Notes: a model not told the origin generated them from the sequence alone. A stretch of 64,000 nucleotides of DNA from Polyangiales bacterium (GCA_038230375.1 JBBRNJ010000011.1:64001-128000), one strand, 5' to 3'. Counted from the stretch's first letter, positions 1-9,952 are shown. Translations and numbers: made by a program.

Positions 1-301
1 GGAGAAGGACGGCGTGTTCTTCCTCTCTGCAACGCTCCCCGGCGTGGCGAAAGAGGATGTCAGCATCACGGTCGAGAAGAACACCGTCAACGTGTCCACG
101 AAGCGCGAGCTGCCCGGAATCGAAGGCTATGAGCTTCGTGCGCGTGAGCGTCGGGCCTTCGCGTTCGATCGCACGTTCGAGCTGCCCGCGCCGATCGCCG
201 CGGACAAGGTGGAGGCGTCGCTCGAGAACGGCATCCTCACGGTCTCGCTCCCGAAGGCGCCGGAGACGAAGCCCATCAAGATCAACGTGAAGAGCGCCTG
301 A
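1..301 (+). CDS. Hsp20/alpha-crystallin small heat-shock protein (5'-truncated by window edge)
   Basis: Alpha-crystallin motifs LPGV..EDVSI, F.R.F.LP, A.LENGILT..LPK and a C-terminal IxV motif; frame open to the window start. Confidence 0.9.
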   Translation, partial: EKDGVFFLSATLPGVAKEDVSITVEKNTVNVSTKRELPGIEGYELRARERRAFAFDRTFELPAPIAADKVEASLENGILTVSLPKAPETKPIKINVKSA

Positions 302-342
302 ATCAACGTCCCGACGACGAAAAGAATCAGAGGAGAGAACCC

Positions 343-723
343 ATGTCTCAGCCCACACCCGCGAACGGTACGCACGCCAACGGAACCACCAAGGAGCGCG
401 CGTTTCACAAGACCAACATTCTTCCGCCGCTCGACGTCTACGAGAACGCGGACGAGCTGCTCGTCGTGATCGACGTGCCCGGCATCAGCGCAGGCGACCT
501 TTCGATCGAGGTCCTGGGTGACTCGCTCAAGTTCACCGCAGAGGCTCGAACTCCAGGCGCGCCCGGTGCGCCCGTCGAGCGCGTGTTCGAGCGCGTGATC
601 CGTCTCCCGGCCAACATCGACGCTGAGCGCATCACAGCCGAGACGAAGAACGGCACGGTGGTCCTCCACATGCCCAAGCTCGAGGCCGCGAAGCCCCGAA
701 AAATCCCGGTCAAGAGCGCCTGA
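343..723 (+). CDS. Hsp20/alpha-crystallin small heat-shock protein
   Basis: PPLDVYE, DVPGI, FER.IRLP, A..KNG...L.MPK, KIPV; AGGAG RBS upstream. Confidence 0.9.
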   Translation: MSQPTPANGTHANGTTKERAFHKTNILPPLDVYENADELLVVIDVPGISAGDLSIEVLGDSLKFTAEARTPGAPGAPVERVFERVIRLPANIDAERITAETKNGTVVLHMPKLEAAKPRKIPVKSA

Positions 724-791
724 CACCGATCTCGATCTTGCGTGTGCCGTCCCGGTGACGGTCGCGCCGCCCTCTGGTATCGTCTTTCGCA

Positions 792-2297
792 ATGACGTTT
801 CTCAAAGAGCGCGCAGCGGGACCTACGGTGGGCGGCAAGACCAAGGGCGGCAAGGCAGCGCCCCCCGCATCGCATGATCCGGCGACGCCGCCGGCCCTCC
901 TCGAGTTCATGGTGCAGCGGTGGAAGGCACCTTCCGGAAAGCTGCCGCCGCGCGTGCATGGCGCGAAGAACTTCAAGTCGCGGCGCGACGCGCTCTCGAA
1001 GAGGTTTCCGGGCGAGCTGCTCGTCATCCCGTGCGGGCACGAGAAGGTGCGCGCGAACGACACGATCTACCCGTTCCGCGCCGGCACCGAGTTCTACTAC
1101 CTGACCGGCAACCTGGAGCCGGACTGCGTCCTGGTCCTCGAGCCGGTGGCAGGCAAGGGCAAGACCGGCCACACGCACGTGCTCTACGTGGAGCCGAACC
1201 CCGGCAAGGTCGACGCGACGTTCTTCACCGACCGCCACAAGGGGGAGCTCTGGGTCGGCCCGCGCCTGGGCGTCCCCGAGAGCAAGCACCGCTTCGGCGT
1301 GGACGAGTGCCGCCCCATCAAGGAGCTCGCGACGTCGCTCGCGAAGACCCTGTCCACGAAGCCCACGCGCATCCTCCGCGGCTTCTCGGAGGCCACGGAG
1401 AAGGCCTGCGCGAACGGCCTCTCCCTTGGCGCCGATCGCGACAAGGAGCTCGCGGAGTACCTGTCCGAGGCGCGCCTGCTGAAGGACGCGCTCGAGGTCA
1501 AGGAGCTACAGAAGGCGATCGACTCCACGAAGCGCGGCTTCGACGACGTCATCGCGCGCCTCAAGACCGCAAAGAGCGAGCGCGAGGTCGAGGGTGTGTT
1601 CTTCACGCGCGCCCGCACGGAGGGCAACGACGTGGGCTACGGCACGATCGCAGCCTCTGGCGATCATGCGTGTACTCTGCACTGGACCAAGAACGACGGC
1701 CCCGTCACGAAGGGCGACCTCATGTTGCTCGACGCGGGCGTCGAGGCCACCACGCTCTACACCGCCGACATCACGCGCACGCTGCCCATCTCCGGCAAGT
1801 TCGGCAAGGAGCAGCGCATGGTCTACGAGCTCGTGCTCGAGGCACAGCGCCAGGCCTTTCTCGAGGTGAAGCCCGGTCGCGATTTTCTGGATCCGAACCG
1901 CGCCGCGATGCGCGTGCTGACGGAGGGCCTGGTCCGCTGGGGCATCCTGAAGTGCACGGCGGAAGAGGCGCTCGACCCGCAGAAGCAGCTCTATCGTCGC
2001 TACACGCTCCACAACGTGAGCCACATGCTCGGGCTCGATGTGCACGACTGCGCGAAGGCGCGCGCGGAGACGTACAAGTTCGGCAAGCTCGTGGCAGGCA
2101 TGGTGCTCACCGTGGAGCCAGGCCTGTACTTCCAGCGCGACGATCTCACGGTGCCCCAGAAATTCCGCGGCATCGGCGTCCGTATCGAGGACGACGTCCT
2201 GGTGATCAAGGGCGGCTGCCGCATCCTGTCCGACCACATCCCCACCAAGACGAAGGACGTCGAGGCGTGGATGAAGGGCATCTGGCAGAAGGGCTGA
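792..2297 (+). CDS. pepP: Xaa-Pro aminopeptidase (M24B)
   Basis: FYYLTG..EPD N-domain; metal-ligand motifs DAGVE, YTADITRT, HMLGLDVHD, TVEPGLY, GVRIEDD. Confidence 0.92.
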   Translation: MTFLKERAAGPTVGGKTKGGKAAPPASHDPATPPALLEFMVQRWKAPSGKLPPRVHGAKNFKSRRDALSKRFPGELLVIPCGHEKVRANDTIYPFRAGTEFYYLTGNLEPDCVLVLEPVAGKGKTGHTHVLYVEPNPGKVDATFFTDRHKGELWVGPRLGVPESKHRFGVDECRPIKELATSLAKTLSTKPTRILRGFSEATEKACANGLSLGADRDKELAEYLSEARLLKDALEVKELQKAIDSTKRGFDDVIARLKTAKSEREVEGVFFTRARTEGNDVGYGTIAASGDHACTLHWTKNDGPVTKGDLMLLDAGVEATTLYTADITRTLPISGKFGKEQRMVYELVLEAQRQAFLEVKPGRDFLDPNRAAMRVLTEGLVRWGILKCTAEEALDPQKQLYRRYTLHNVSHMLGLDVHDCAKARAETYKFGKLVAGMVLTVEPGLYFQRDDLTVPQKFRGIGVRIEDDVLVIKGGCRILSDHIPTKTKDVEAWMKGIWQKG

Positions 2298-2328
2298 GGC
2301 CTGCGCGGCGGGCGCGCACGTGAAGCGC

Positions 2329-2703
2329 TCAGCCGAGCCCGAGCTCGCCGGTCTTTCCGTCGACGGTGAGCTCGTCGGTGTCGCGTAGCTCGGTCTCCTG
2401 GCCGTCTGCGCCGCGGAACACCACGCGACGGTCGGCGAAGAACACCTTCGTCCCAGGCACGCCCACGACGCACGGTTTGCCGAGCGCGCGCGCCATGATG
2501 GCCGCATCGCCGGTGAGCCCCCCGCGCACAGACACGACGGCCACCGCTGCCTCGATGCCGATGCGGTCCTCGTGGCCAGACTCATCGCAGAGGAAGACGA
2601 GCTTCTCCCCCTTGCGCCGTTCTGCATCCACGGACGAAAATGCGAGCTTGCCGGTTGCGAGCCCCGGGCTTGCGCCCACACCTTTTGCGAGGATCTTCTG
2701 CAT
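2329..2703 (-). CDS. Stand-alone PEP-utiliser mobile (swivel) domain protein, phospho-His replaced
   Basis: GVGASPGLATG, RGGLTGDAAIMARALGKPCVVG, LTVDGKTGE; ATG at 2703 preceded by AAGGAG. Confidence 0.8.
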   Translation of the reverse strand: MQKILAKGVGASPGLATGKLAFSSVDAERRKGEKLVFLCDESGHEDRIGIEAAVAVVSVRGGLTGDAAIMARALGKPCVVGVPGTKVFFADRRVVFRGADGQETELRDTDELTVDGKTGELGLG

Positions 2704-2778
2704 GAGCAGCTCCTTTATACCCCGAAAAAGGGGCCCCGGTTTCCCCTGAGCGTGATTTTGAGGTAAGGCCACCCGCGC

Positions 2779-3831
2779 ATGTCTTCCGAGAAGCACCGTG
2801 AGCTCGAACGCCGCTACCGCGACAAGCCCGCGGTCCTTGCGCCCATGGAAGACGTCACGGACATGGTCTTCCGCCGGCTCTGCCGCAAGCTGGGCTCGGA
2901 CCTGGCCATGACGGAGTTCGTCAACGTCGAGGGCCTGCTCCGCGGCTGTCGCAACGCCAGGCGCAAGATCCGCCTCGCCGCGGACGACGGCCTGACGGGC
3001 ATCCAGATCTATGGCTCGAACCCGGAGCGTCTCGCAGAGGCCGCGACCTTCGCGGAGGAAGCGGATCCGCTCTTCATCGACATCAATTGCGGCTGCTGGG
3101 TGCCCAAGATCGCGGGCCGCGGCGCCGGCGCCGGATGGTTGCGCGAGCCCACGGCGATGGTGGCCATGGCAAAGCTAGTCGTGTCGAGCGTGAAGGTCCC
3201 CGTGACCGTGAAGACGCGGATTGGTTACGGCCCCGAGTCGCACATGCCGATCGTGGAGCTCGCGAAGCGCATCGAGGACGCGGGCGTGTCGGCGCTCACC
3301 ATCCACTGCCGCACGGCGCAGATGGGGCACTCCGGCAAGGCCGACTGGAGCTGGGCGGCGAAGGCGAAGGCATCGGGGGTGAAGATCCCCGTGATCGTCA
3401 ACGGCGACGTGAAGAGCGCAGATGACGCCGCGCGCGCGCTCACCGAGACGGGCTGCGAAGGCGTGATGGTCGGTCGTCGAGCGATCGAGCACCCGTGGGT
3501 CTTCCGCGAGATCTACGGGCTACTCCGCCGAGGCGAGCGCGTCGCCCCGCCCACCGACCTGGAGCGCATCGACCTGTGCAAGGAGCACCTCGTCGCGAAC
3601 GTAGCGGAGCGCGGGGAGCCCTACGGCGTCCGCTGCACGCGCCGACACCTGTCGGGGTATCTGCACGGCCTGCGCGGCGCCAGCGAGCTCCGCCAGAAGT
3701 TGAACGTGTGCGACACCCTCGACGGATGCCTGGCCATCCTGGACGAGTGGGTCACGCGCGCTGCCACGTATGCGCCCCGCGAGTTTCCTGGCGCTTCGGC
3801 GCTCAGTGAGGAAGCGCCGACAGGGACGTGA
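2779..3831 (+). CDS. dusB: tRNA-dihydrouridine synthase (DusB-like)
   Basis: LAPMEDVTD, IDINCGC, VTVKTRIG, IHCRT, NGDV, GVMVGR. Confidence 0.88.
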   Translation: MSSEKHRELERRYRDKPAVLAPMEDVTDMVFRRLCRKLGSDLAMTEFVNVEGLLRGCRNARRKIRLAADDGLTGIQIYGSNPERLAEAATFAEEADPLFIDINCGCWVPKIAGRGAGAGWLREPTAMVAMAKLVVSSVKVPVTVKTRIGYGPESHMPIVELAKRIEDAGVSALTIHCRTAQMGHSGKADWSWAAKAKASGVKIPVIVNGDVKSADDAARALTETGCEGVMVGRRAIEHPWVFREIYGLLRRGERVAPPTDLERIDLCKEHLVANVAERGEPYGVRCTRRHLSGYLHGLRGASELRQKLNVCDTLDGCLAILDEWVTRAATYAPREFPGASALSEEAPTGT

Positions 3832-4576
3832 CCGCGTCGCGGATGGCGGACGCCTCGAATGGCTTGTCGATGCGCGGGTTCGGCACGTTCGCGAGAAAAT
3901 CGCGCGCGCGCTTGGTGAAGGCGCCGCCCGTGACGAACACGAAGCGCTGACGCAGGAGCGGGTGGTCGCGGCTCACCATCTCGAAGAGGTCGACGCCGGA
4001 CATGCCAGGCATCATCACGTCGCACAGGATCACGTCGAAGCGCTCCTTCTGCAGGAGCATCATGGCCTGTTCCGCGTCCGTCACGTGCACCACGTCGTGG
4101 TCGCGCAGGATGCGCCGTACGACATTGCCGATGACGATCTCGTCGTCCACGACCAGCACGCGGCGTCGCGTCACGCCAATGTCATGCACGATGCTGGCGC
4201 GCTCCGACACGCGAACGAGCACCGCGGGGGCACCGTCGTAGAGGGTGGCGGAGCATGCGGTCTCCACGTGCTGCCGTGCTGCGTCGGAGGACCGAGGTGC
4301 TGGGCGCTGGAGGATGAAGGTGCGTGGGGGAGCGGTTCCGTCGGTGAGGGCAACCGCCATGGCGGAGACCTCGCCGTCGCGCGTGTCCGTGGGCAACAGG
4401 TCTGCGTACGAGCGGCCGAGCAGCTCGGTGACGGGTACCTGGAAGAACATGGCGGCGGGCCCGTTGACATGGACGATGTGCCCATCGGCAACGACGAGCA
4501 TCGGCGCGGTGCTGCCATCGATCAATGCGCGAACACCGCGTTCAAGGGAGCCAAGAAATGCGTCACTCATCTTCAT
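3803..4576 (-). CDS. PAS-like domain plus response-regulator receiver protein
   Basis: N-terminal PAS-like segment (IVHVN.PA..FF); VLVVDDE, DVILCDVMMPGMSG, VTGG, KPF receiver motifs. Confidence 0.8.
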   Translation of the reverse strand: MKMSDAFLGSLERGVRALIDGSTAPMLVVADGHIVHVNGPAAMFFQVPVTELLGRSYADLLPTDTRDGEVSAMAVALTDGTAPPRTFILQRPAPRSSDAARQHVETACSATLYDGAPAVLVRVSERASIVHDIGVTRRRVLVVDDEIVIGNVVRRILRDHDVVHVTDAEQAMMLLQKERFDVILCDVMMPGMSGVDLFEMVSRDHPLLRQRFVFVTGGAFTKRARDFLANVPNPRIDKPFEASAIRDAVTSLSALPH

Positions 4577-4867
4577 CTCTGCGAGACCCCCGAGGCATCA
4601 GCGGGCAAGGTACCCATCAGACAACGAGCCTCGCTCCTCGGAGGGAGTCGGTCAAGGCTCGCGGACCGAAAAGTCCTCACGATTTTCAAAAAAAAGCGAC
4701 GTGATGTTTCGGCTACACCGCGCTCCTCCGGCCCTGCGTGGCGTCTGCGCGCGGATGGCCGCACGCGAAACGGGGGTGACCAGATCGGCCAGATGGAGTG
4801 TATGCTGGCACCGCGTGGCGTCTGCCCCCTGCGTTCCCCTGTCTTCCCGCTGTCGGAGCCCCGAACC

Positions 4868-5341
4868 ATGAGCAAGCACGAAAAGGCCCTCGCCGAACTC
4901 GAGAAACACGCAACGGAAATCCTTGCCGAGCTCGGCGCCGCCGATCAGTCTCGCGTCTTTGCGCTCGCCATCGAAGCGGGCGTCCTCGCGGCGATGTCGG
5001 ACGGCACGATGGATGCCGAGGAGAAGGCCACGCTCGTCCGCGCCGTCGAGCTCGTCTCCAAGGGCGCCGTCATCGAGTGGGAGACCGAGACGCTCGTGGA
5101 CGAATGTATCGCCCGCGCAAAGGCGGACGGGGCAGACAAGCGCGCGCAGGCAGTGGGCGAGGCGCTCGCCGAACTGAAGCAAGCGGAGGCTGCCGTGCTC
5201 ATCGCGGGCGTCGTGGCCGCGGCCACGGGCGGCGTGGACAAGGCCGAGGCCGAGGCCATCCGCGCCGTGGCGAAGGCCGCCGGCGTCACCGCGGACAAGA
5301 CGAAGGCGATCCTGAAGCGCGCGGCGACGTTCGCGGGCTAG
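4868..5341 (+). CDS. TerB-like (tellurite resistance B fold) protein
   Basis: AAMSDGTMDAEEK and VAAATGGVDKAEAEAI..VA match the two TerB A.ADG.....E motifs; start chosen at ATG 4868. Confidence 0.7.
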   Translation: MSKHEKALAELEKHATEILAELGAADQSRVFALAIEAGVLAAMSDGTMDAEEKATLVRAVELVSKGAVIEWETETLVDECIARAKADGADKRAQAVGEALAELKQAEAAVLIAGVVAAATGGVDKAEAEAIRAVAKAAGVTADKTKAILKRAATFAG

Positions 5342-5354
5342 CCACACCCCGCCG

Positions 5355-6548
5355 TCACAACGACTCGCGAACGTACGCTTCGATCCTTCGCGCGCCTTCC
5401 GCGAAGTCCTCCTCGGAGCTCAGCAGCGAGAGCACGAGGTACGCCTCGTCCGTGAAGTCGAAGAACATGCCCGGATGAGTGTAGACTGCATGTTTCGCCA
5501 GGAGCTCCTCGGCGATCTGGTGCTCTGGCTTGGTCCGCGGAAGGCGAAGCGTCACGTACCAGCCGCCTTCGACATGAAGCACGTTCGCGGCGGAGGTGAA
5601 CGTGCGGAGCGCCATCTCGCGGTTCGCGAGCGTGCGAGCCTTGATCGCGTCGCGCACCGGCGCATGCGTGACGAGCAGCCGCGGAGCGCGATGCTGGATG
5701 AAGCTGCCAACGTTCAGGTACGTGTCGAGCACGAGCTCCAGCCGCTCCTTCGCCTGCGAGACGAGCGCGGGCTCGCCGGCGACCGCGATCCACGCGAGCT
5801 TCGCCTGCGGCAACCCCACGAGCTTTGACAGCCCGCCGAGCGAGAAGAGAAGCCCGCGCCGCTCTCCCGCGACGGTCAAGACGCGCGTCGCGTCCGGCGC
5901 GAAGCCGTAACGCGAGAAGACCTCGTCCACGATCAGCGGCAGACCAAGCGCGAGAAGGGCATCAAGCTCGGTGCGCTTCAGGAACGAGCCGGTCGGATTG
6001 TTCGGCGACACGAGCACGATCGCGCGCGTTCGCTCGGTGATCGCGCGCGCCACAAGGGTCGCCTCGATGTGCCACGCGCCGTCGTACGACAGCGGACACG
6101 CGACCAGCCGCACGCCCGCGAACCGCGCGAGATACGAGAACAGCGGGTAGCTCGGCACGAGGATGATGACCTCGTCGCCGTCGTCGCAGAGCACGGTGAA
6201 GAGGTGGCCGTACGCCTCGCTCGTGCTCGCGGTCAGGATGATGTCGTCCGGGTCCACCGCGGCGCCATCGACCGCGTATTCCGCGGCGATCGCCTCGCGT
6301 GCCGCGCGAAGGCCGAACGCCAGCGGCGCGTACGGCGCATCGGTGGCTGGGTCCGCTTCGCCAGGCTCGGTCGCACCGAACCCAGCCGGGTAGGGGATGC
6401 CAGCGGTAGTCGGGTTGCCTTGCGTGAGGTTCAGCACAGGGCCGCGCACCCGCATCTCCGCGAGCAGCACGGACAGAGCGTTCGGCGTGGGATCGTGTGA
6501 CGTCCGGGTCGAGAACCGGGGGCCGGGTGTTGTAGCCTTGACGGGCAT
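5355..6548 (-). CDS. PLP-dependent class I/II aminotransferase
   Basis: LTASTSEAY, PSYPLF, SPNNPTG, IVDEVF, GLSKLVGLPQAKL (PLP Lys). Confidence 0.88.
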   Translation of the reverse strand: MPVKATTPGPRFSTRTSHDPTPNALSVLLAEMRVRGPVLNLTQGNPTTAGIPYPAGFGATEPGEADPATDAPYAPLAFGLRAAREAIAAEYAVDGAAVDPDDIILTASTSEAYGHLFTVLCDDGDEVIILVPSYPLFSYLARFAGVRLVACPLSYDGAWHIEATLVARAITERTRAIVLVSPNNPTGSFLKRTELDALLALGLPLIVDEVFSRYGFAPDATRVLTVAGERRGLLFSLGGLSKLVGLPQAKLAWIAVAGEPALVSQAKERLELVLDTYLNVGSFIQHRAPRLLVTHAPVRDAIKARTLANREMALRTFTSAANVLHVEGGWYVTLRLPRTKPEHQIAEELLAKHAVYTHPGMFFDFTDEAYLVLSLLSSEEDFAEGARRIEAYVRESL

Positions 6549-7260
6549 GAGCAAGGTCAGGGTCGGTACGAGCGGGTTTTCGTATGCCGGGTGGTTCGGC
6601 AGCTTCTACCCGGAGGATCTCCGGAAGGACGAGCTGCTCTCCTACTACGCGAAGCACTTCGACACCTGCGAGATCCACAACACGTTCTACAAGATGCCGT
6701 CGCCGAAGCTGGTCGCGGGCTGGGCGGGCCAGGTGCCTGCCGCGTTCTCCTTCGCGCTCAAGGCGTCGCTGAAGATCACGCACCTCCGACGCCTCAAGGA
6801 AACCGCGCCGTTCGTGACCGAGTTTGCGCGCGCGCACAAGGAGCTCGGCAAGCGCACGGGGCCCGTTCTCTTCCAGCTGCCGCCATACCTGAAGAAGGAC
6901 GTGCCGCTCCTCACGCAGCTCTTCAAGACAGTGGGGACCAAGATGCGCCTCGCGATGGAGTTCGGGAACGACACGTGGCTCGATGAAGAGGTGTTCGACG
7001 TGCTGCGCGAGCGCAACGCCGCCCTCGTCTGCGTGGACGACGAGAAGCGGCCGCTCGCGTTCCAGCCGGTGGGGACGCTCGCATACGTGCGTCTCCGCAG
7101 ACCGAAGTACTCACGTGCGGACCTGGCGGCATGGGCAGAGCGCGTGAGCGATCCGCAGTTTTCCGACGGCGCCTACGTGTTCTTCAAGCACGAGGACGAA
7201 GGCAAGGCCCCCGACCTCGCGCAGCGCTTCAAGGACGCGGTGGAGATGCGGGAGGCGTAG
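6547..7260 (+). CDS. DUF72 (YecE-like) protein
   Basis: VGTSGFSY..W.G.FYP, EIHNTFY, FALKA...ITH, LFQLPP, YVRLR, YVFFKHE. Confidence 0.88.
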   Translation: MSKVRVGTSGFSYAGWFGSFYPEDLRKDELLSYYAKHFDTCEIHNTFYKMPSPKLVAGWAGQVPAAFSFALKASLKITHLRRLKETAPFVTEFARAHKELGKRTGPVLFQLPPYLKKDVPLLTQLFKTVGTKMRLAMEFGNDTWLDEEVFDVLRERNAALVCVDDEKRPLAFQPVGTLAYVRLRRPKYSRADLAAWAERVSDPQFSDGAYVFFKHEDEGKAPDLAQRFKDAVEMREA

Positions 7261-7299
7261 ACGCTGCCGGCACGACCAGGAAATGCTAGCCTTCGCGGC

Positions 7300-7692
7300 A
7301 TGAACCCGGCGGGTGGAGGCTACGGACAAGGTGGAGGCTACGGACAGGGCGCTCCGCCGCCCACGCCCGATCAGCCAGGCCGCATCGAGCTGAACCTGGG
7401 CTTCAACCCGATGCAGCTGTTCCTTCACGGCGTGACACCGAAGGTCTCCGTGAACCAGCATCCGGTCGCCGCGCGCTGGGGCCGCATGGGCTTCGACATG
7501 CCGCCCGGCAGTCACCACGTGTTCTGCGCGTTCCCGTACCTCTTCTCCGACAATGCCGGGTCCGCGCAGATGATGGTTCCTGTCTACCCGGGCCACGTCA
7601 CGGTGGTCGCGTACGACGCGCCGGGCCTCATGTTCCTGAACGGCTCGATCCGCATCGTGAATACGGTGCCCATGATGCAGTACGGCCGATAG
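7300..7692 (+). CDS. Hypothetical protein with Gly/Pro-rich N-terminus
   Basis: Typical high-GC3 codon use; GGGYGQ repeats followed by a beta-rich domain. Confidence 0.65.
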   Translation: MNPAGGGYGQGGGYGQGAPPPTPDQPGRIELNLGFNPMQLFLHGVTPKVSVNQHPVAARWGRMGFDMPPGSHHVFCAFPYLFSDNAGSAQMMVPVYPGHVTVVAYDAPGLMFLNGSIRIVNTVPMMQYGR

Positions 7693-7743
7693 CAAAGCAT
7701 TTCGGGCTGCAGCATATGGCGAATCGCGTGTAGGATGCACGCC

Positions 7744-9246
7744 ATGAACAGGGCTCGTAACCATGTGCTCCTCGCGCTTCTCGCCGTCATGGCGGTCTCC
7801 CAGGTCGGCTGCAAGAAGAAGGCAGCCAACGCCTGGAAGCTGCCGGTAGACGCGAAGCAGCTGCCGTCCACCACCACCGTGCTCGAGGCCGAGCAAGTGG
7901 AGGGCGCGCGCGAGACCGACCCGCACCTGAAGGACGTCTTCACCGCCGCGGAGCTGGGCGCGGAGGTCTGTCGCGAAGGCGTGATCGATCCGGCGCACGA
8001 GCTCGAGGTGATGACCCTGCTCGGTCCGGCGGACGCAAAGAAGTTCTTCAAGGCAGAGAACCTGGAGCAGGTGCGGTTGCTCATGGAGTGCGGCGGCGTG
8101 CTCGGGGCGAGCCTGGAGAGCCAGTTCCAGACGGCGATCGGCTTCGTGGATGACTCGGGCGCAAAGGCCGAGGTCGACGTCCTGCAGCTGAAGCTCACGG
8201 ACCTGCCGCCGAAGTATGGCCTCACGAAGCGCTCGTTCAGCACGCTCGATGGGTTCTGTCGCACGAGCGATCCGAAGGACGCCACGAAGACCGTGGAGTG
8301 CGGGCCCACGTCTGACGCCGCGCTCAAGTCGGGCACCTCCTGGTTCCTCGGGAAGCGCGGGGAGCTGGATCAGATCTCGAAGACGATCGCCACACCCAAG
8401 GCGGAGCTCTCCACGCAGCTCGCCGCGCTCAACGATGCAGCGAACGAGCTCGAGGGCCTCAGCTCTTCGCGCATCGAGGCGCAGCTCACCACCGCAAAGC
8501 CGTTCCTTGCGGCGCCGTGCGCATGGGGTGCATTCCAGTCGGCGGGCAAGACGGACGAGTTCCTACAGGGCTGCTTCCCCACCAGCGACGAGAAGACCAT
8601 CCAGGACATCGACTCCAAGCTCCGCGCGGCGGCCTTCGAGATCGAGCCCGACGTGCTGAAGCAGAACGCCGTGCACGGTGGCGTCGTGCTCGTCGCGCGC
8701 GACGACGACGCGGCCAAGGCCGTGGAGAAGGACGCGAACGATCTGGTCGTCGACTGGAAGGCGCAGCTGGAGAACAACGACGCGAAGCTCGCGAAGCAGG
8801 CCAAGTCGAACCCCATCAGCCTGCGCCAGCGCAGCTGGGCCATCATCGTTGACAACTTCTCGCGCGCCTTGCAGAAGACCAAGGTCACGCGCGCCGGGCG
8901 TGTCGTGAAGATGCAGTTCAACGAGCCGCTTGCGGCCGAGGACGTGCGCGATCTCCAGGAGGCCCGCAAGGACGCGCTCGACCAGCGCACCGCTGTCGCT
9001 GACATCCTCTCGGCCATCCAGACCAAGCAGGCCGTGCCGCTCGCGGCGCTGACCAAGCTGGTCGGTGCGCCCTGGGCCACGTACCTGGTTGCGGAGACCA
9101 CGTGGGATCCGAAGAACCTGCCGGCGCAGTGCACGGCCAAGAAGCCGCCGGGCAAGAAGCTCCCGCCCGATCCCGCATGCGTCGCGCCGGTCGAGCCGCC
9201 GCACGCGCAGTTCGGCGCGGGCGTGAAGGTGGCCGGCTCGAAGTAA
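7744..9246 (+). CDS. Hypothetical lipoprotein (~500 aa)
   Basis: Signal peptide with lipobox-like QVGC; strong coding bias; no family recognised. Confidence 0.75.
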   Translation: MNRARNHVLLALLAVMAVSQVGCKKKAANAWKLPVDAKQLPSTTTVLEAEQVEGARETDPHLKDVFTAAELGAEVCREGVIDPAHELEVMTLLGPADAKKFFKAENLEQVRLLMECGGVLGASLESQFQTAIGFVDDSGAKAEVDVLQLKLTDLPPKYGLTKRSFSTLDGFCRTSDPKDATKTVECGPTSDAALKSGTSWFLGKRGELDQISKTIATPKAELSTQLAALNDAANELEGLSSSRIEAQLTTAKPFLAAPCAWGAFQSAGKTDEFLQGCFPTSDEKTIQDIDSKLRAAAFEIEPDVLKQNAVHGGVVLVARDDDAAKAVEKDANDLVVDWKAQLENNDAKLAKQAKSNPISLRQRSWAIIVDNFSRALQKTKVTRAGRVVKMQFNEPLAAEDVRDLQEARKDALDQRTAVADILSAIQTKQAVPLAALTKLVGAPWATYLVAETTWDPKNLPAQCTAKKPPGKKLPPDPACVAPVEPPHAQFGAGVKVAGSK

Positions 9247-9299
9247 AAGGGGCGCGAGATCGACTTCAGCTCTGGGGAAAAAGAGCTACCCTCATCTCT

Positions 9300-9755
9300 A
9301 TGAACTACGGCGCACCCCCTCCTCCTGGCGGCTACGGCGGACCTCCTCCTGGTGGCTACGGCGCGCCTCCTCCCGGTGGCTACGGTGCGCCTCCTGCTGG
9401 TGGCTACGGCGCGCCGCCGTCTCCGCACGGCGTTCCGGGCAATGGCGCGCCAGGCATGGTCTCGTACGGCAACGGACCGATGGGCATGCAGATGGGCGCG
9501 CCCTACGGCATCGATCCCATCAGCGGGATGCCGTTCTCCGACAAGTCGAAGATGGTCGCGGGTCTCCTGCAGCTCTTCGCCGGCGCCTTCGGCATCGGCC
9601 GCTTCTACACGGGCCACATCGGTCTTGCGATCGCGCAGATTGTCGTCGTGTGGGCCACGTGCGGAATCGGCATCGTGTGGCCGATGATCGACGGCATCAT
9701 GATGCTGACGGGCCGAGTAACCGACGCGCAAGGCCGCCCCCTCCGCGACGGCTGA
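9300..9755 (+). CDS. TM2-domain membrane protein with GGYGAPPP repeats
   Basis: SDKSKMVAGLLQLF.G.FGIGRFYTGH, W..IDGI..LTG...DAQGRPL. Confidence 0.88.
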   Translation: MNYGAPPPPGGYGGPPPGGYGAPPPGGYGAPPAGGYGAPPSPHGVPGNGAPGMVSYGNGPMGMQMGAPYGIDPISGMPFSDKSKMVAGLLQLFAGAFGIGRFYTGHIGLAIAQIVVVWATCGIGIVWPMIDGIMMLTGRVTDAQGRPLRDG

Positions 9756-9952
9756 AACAGCGCCGCCTCGAGCCGGGGGCATCCCGGGAGGCTTCGTTTT
9801 TCCCCCGTCGGGGATCACGAAGCGCGTGGGCTGCGCTCCGTGCTCACGTACAAGAGTACGCTCCGCGCGGTGCTCGCCCAAAGCACCCCGTCGGGTATCA
9901 CGAAGCGCGTCCTCGCCTGCCGGGCGCCTCCGGCTCGATCCGACGCTGTTTC
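9754..9952. repeat. MITE/REP-like element with imperfect ~37-bp terminal inverted repeats
   Basis: Termini GAAACAGCG..TCGAGCCGG and CCGGCTCGA..CGCTGTTTC; internal 25-bp direct repeat at 9803-9827 and 9886-9910; related copies at 53224-53256 and 53364-53475. Confidence 0.8.

Noticed and set aside
9803..9910. Two 25-bp direct repeats as a mini-CRISPR
   Set aside because: Only two units, embedded in an inverted-repeat element, a 58-bp palindromic spacer and no cas genes
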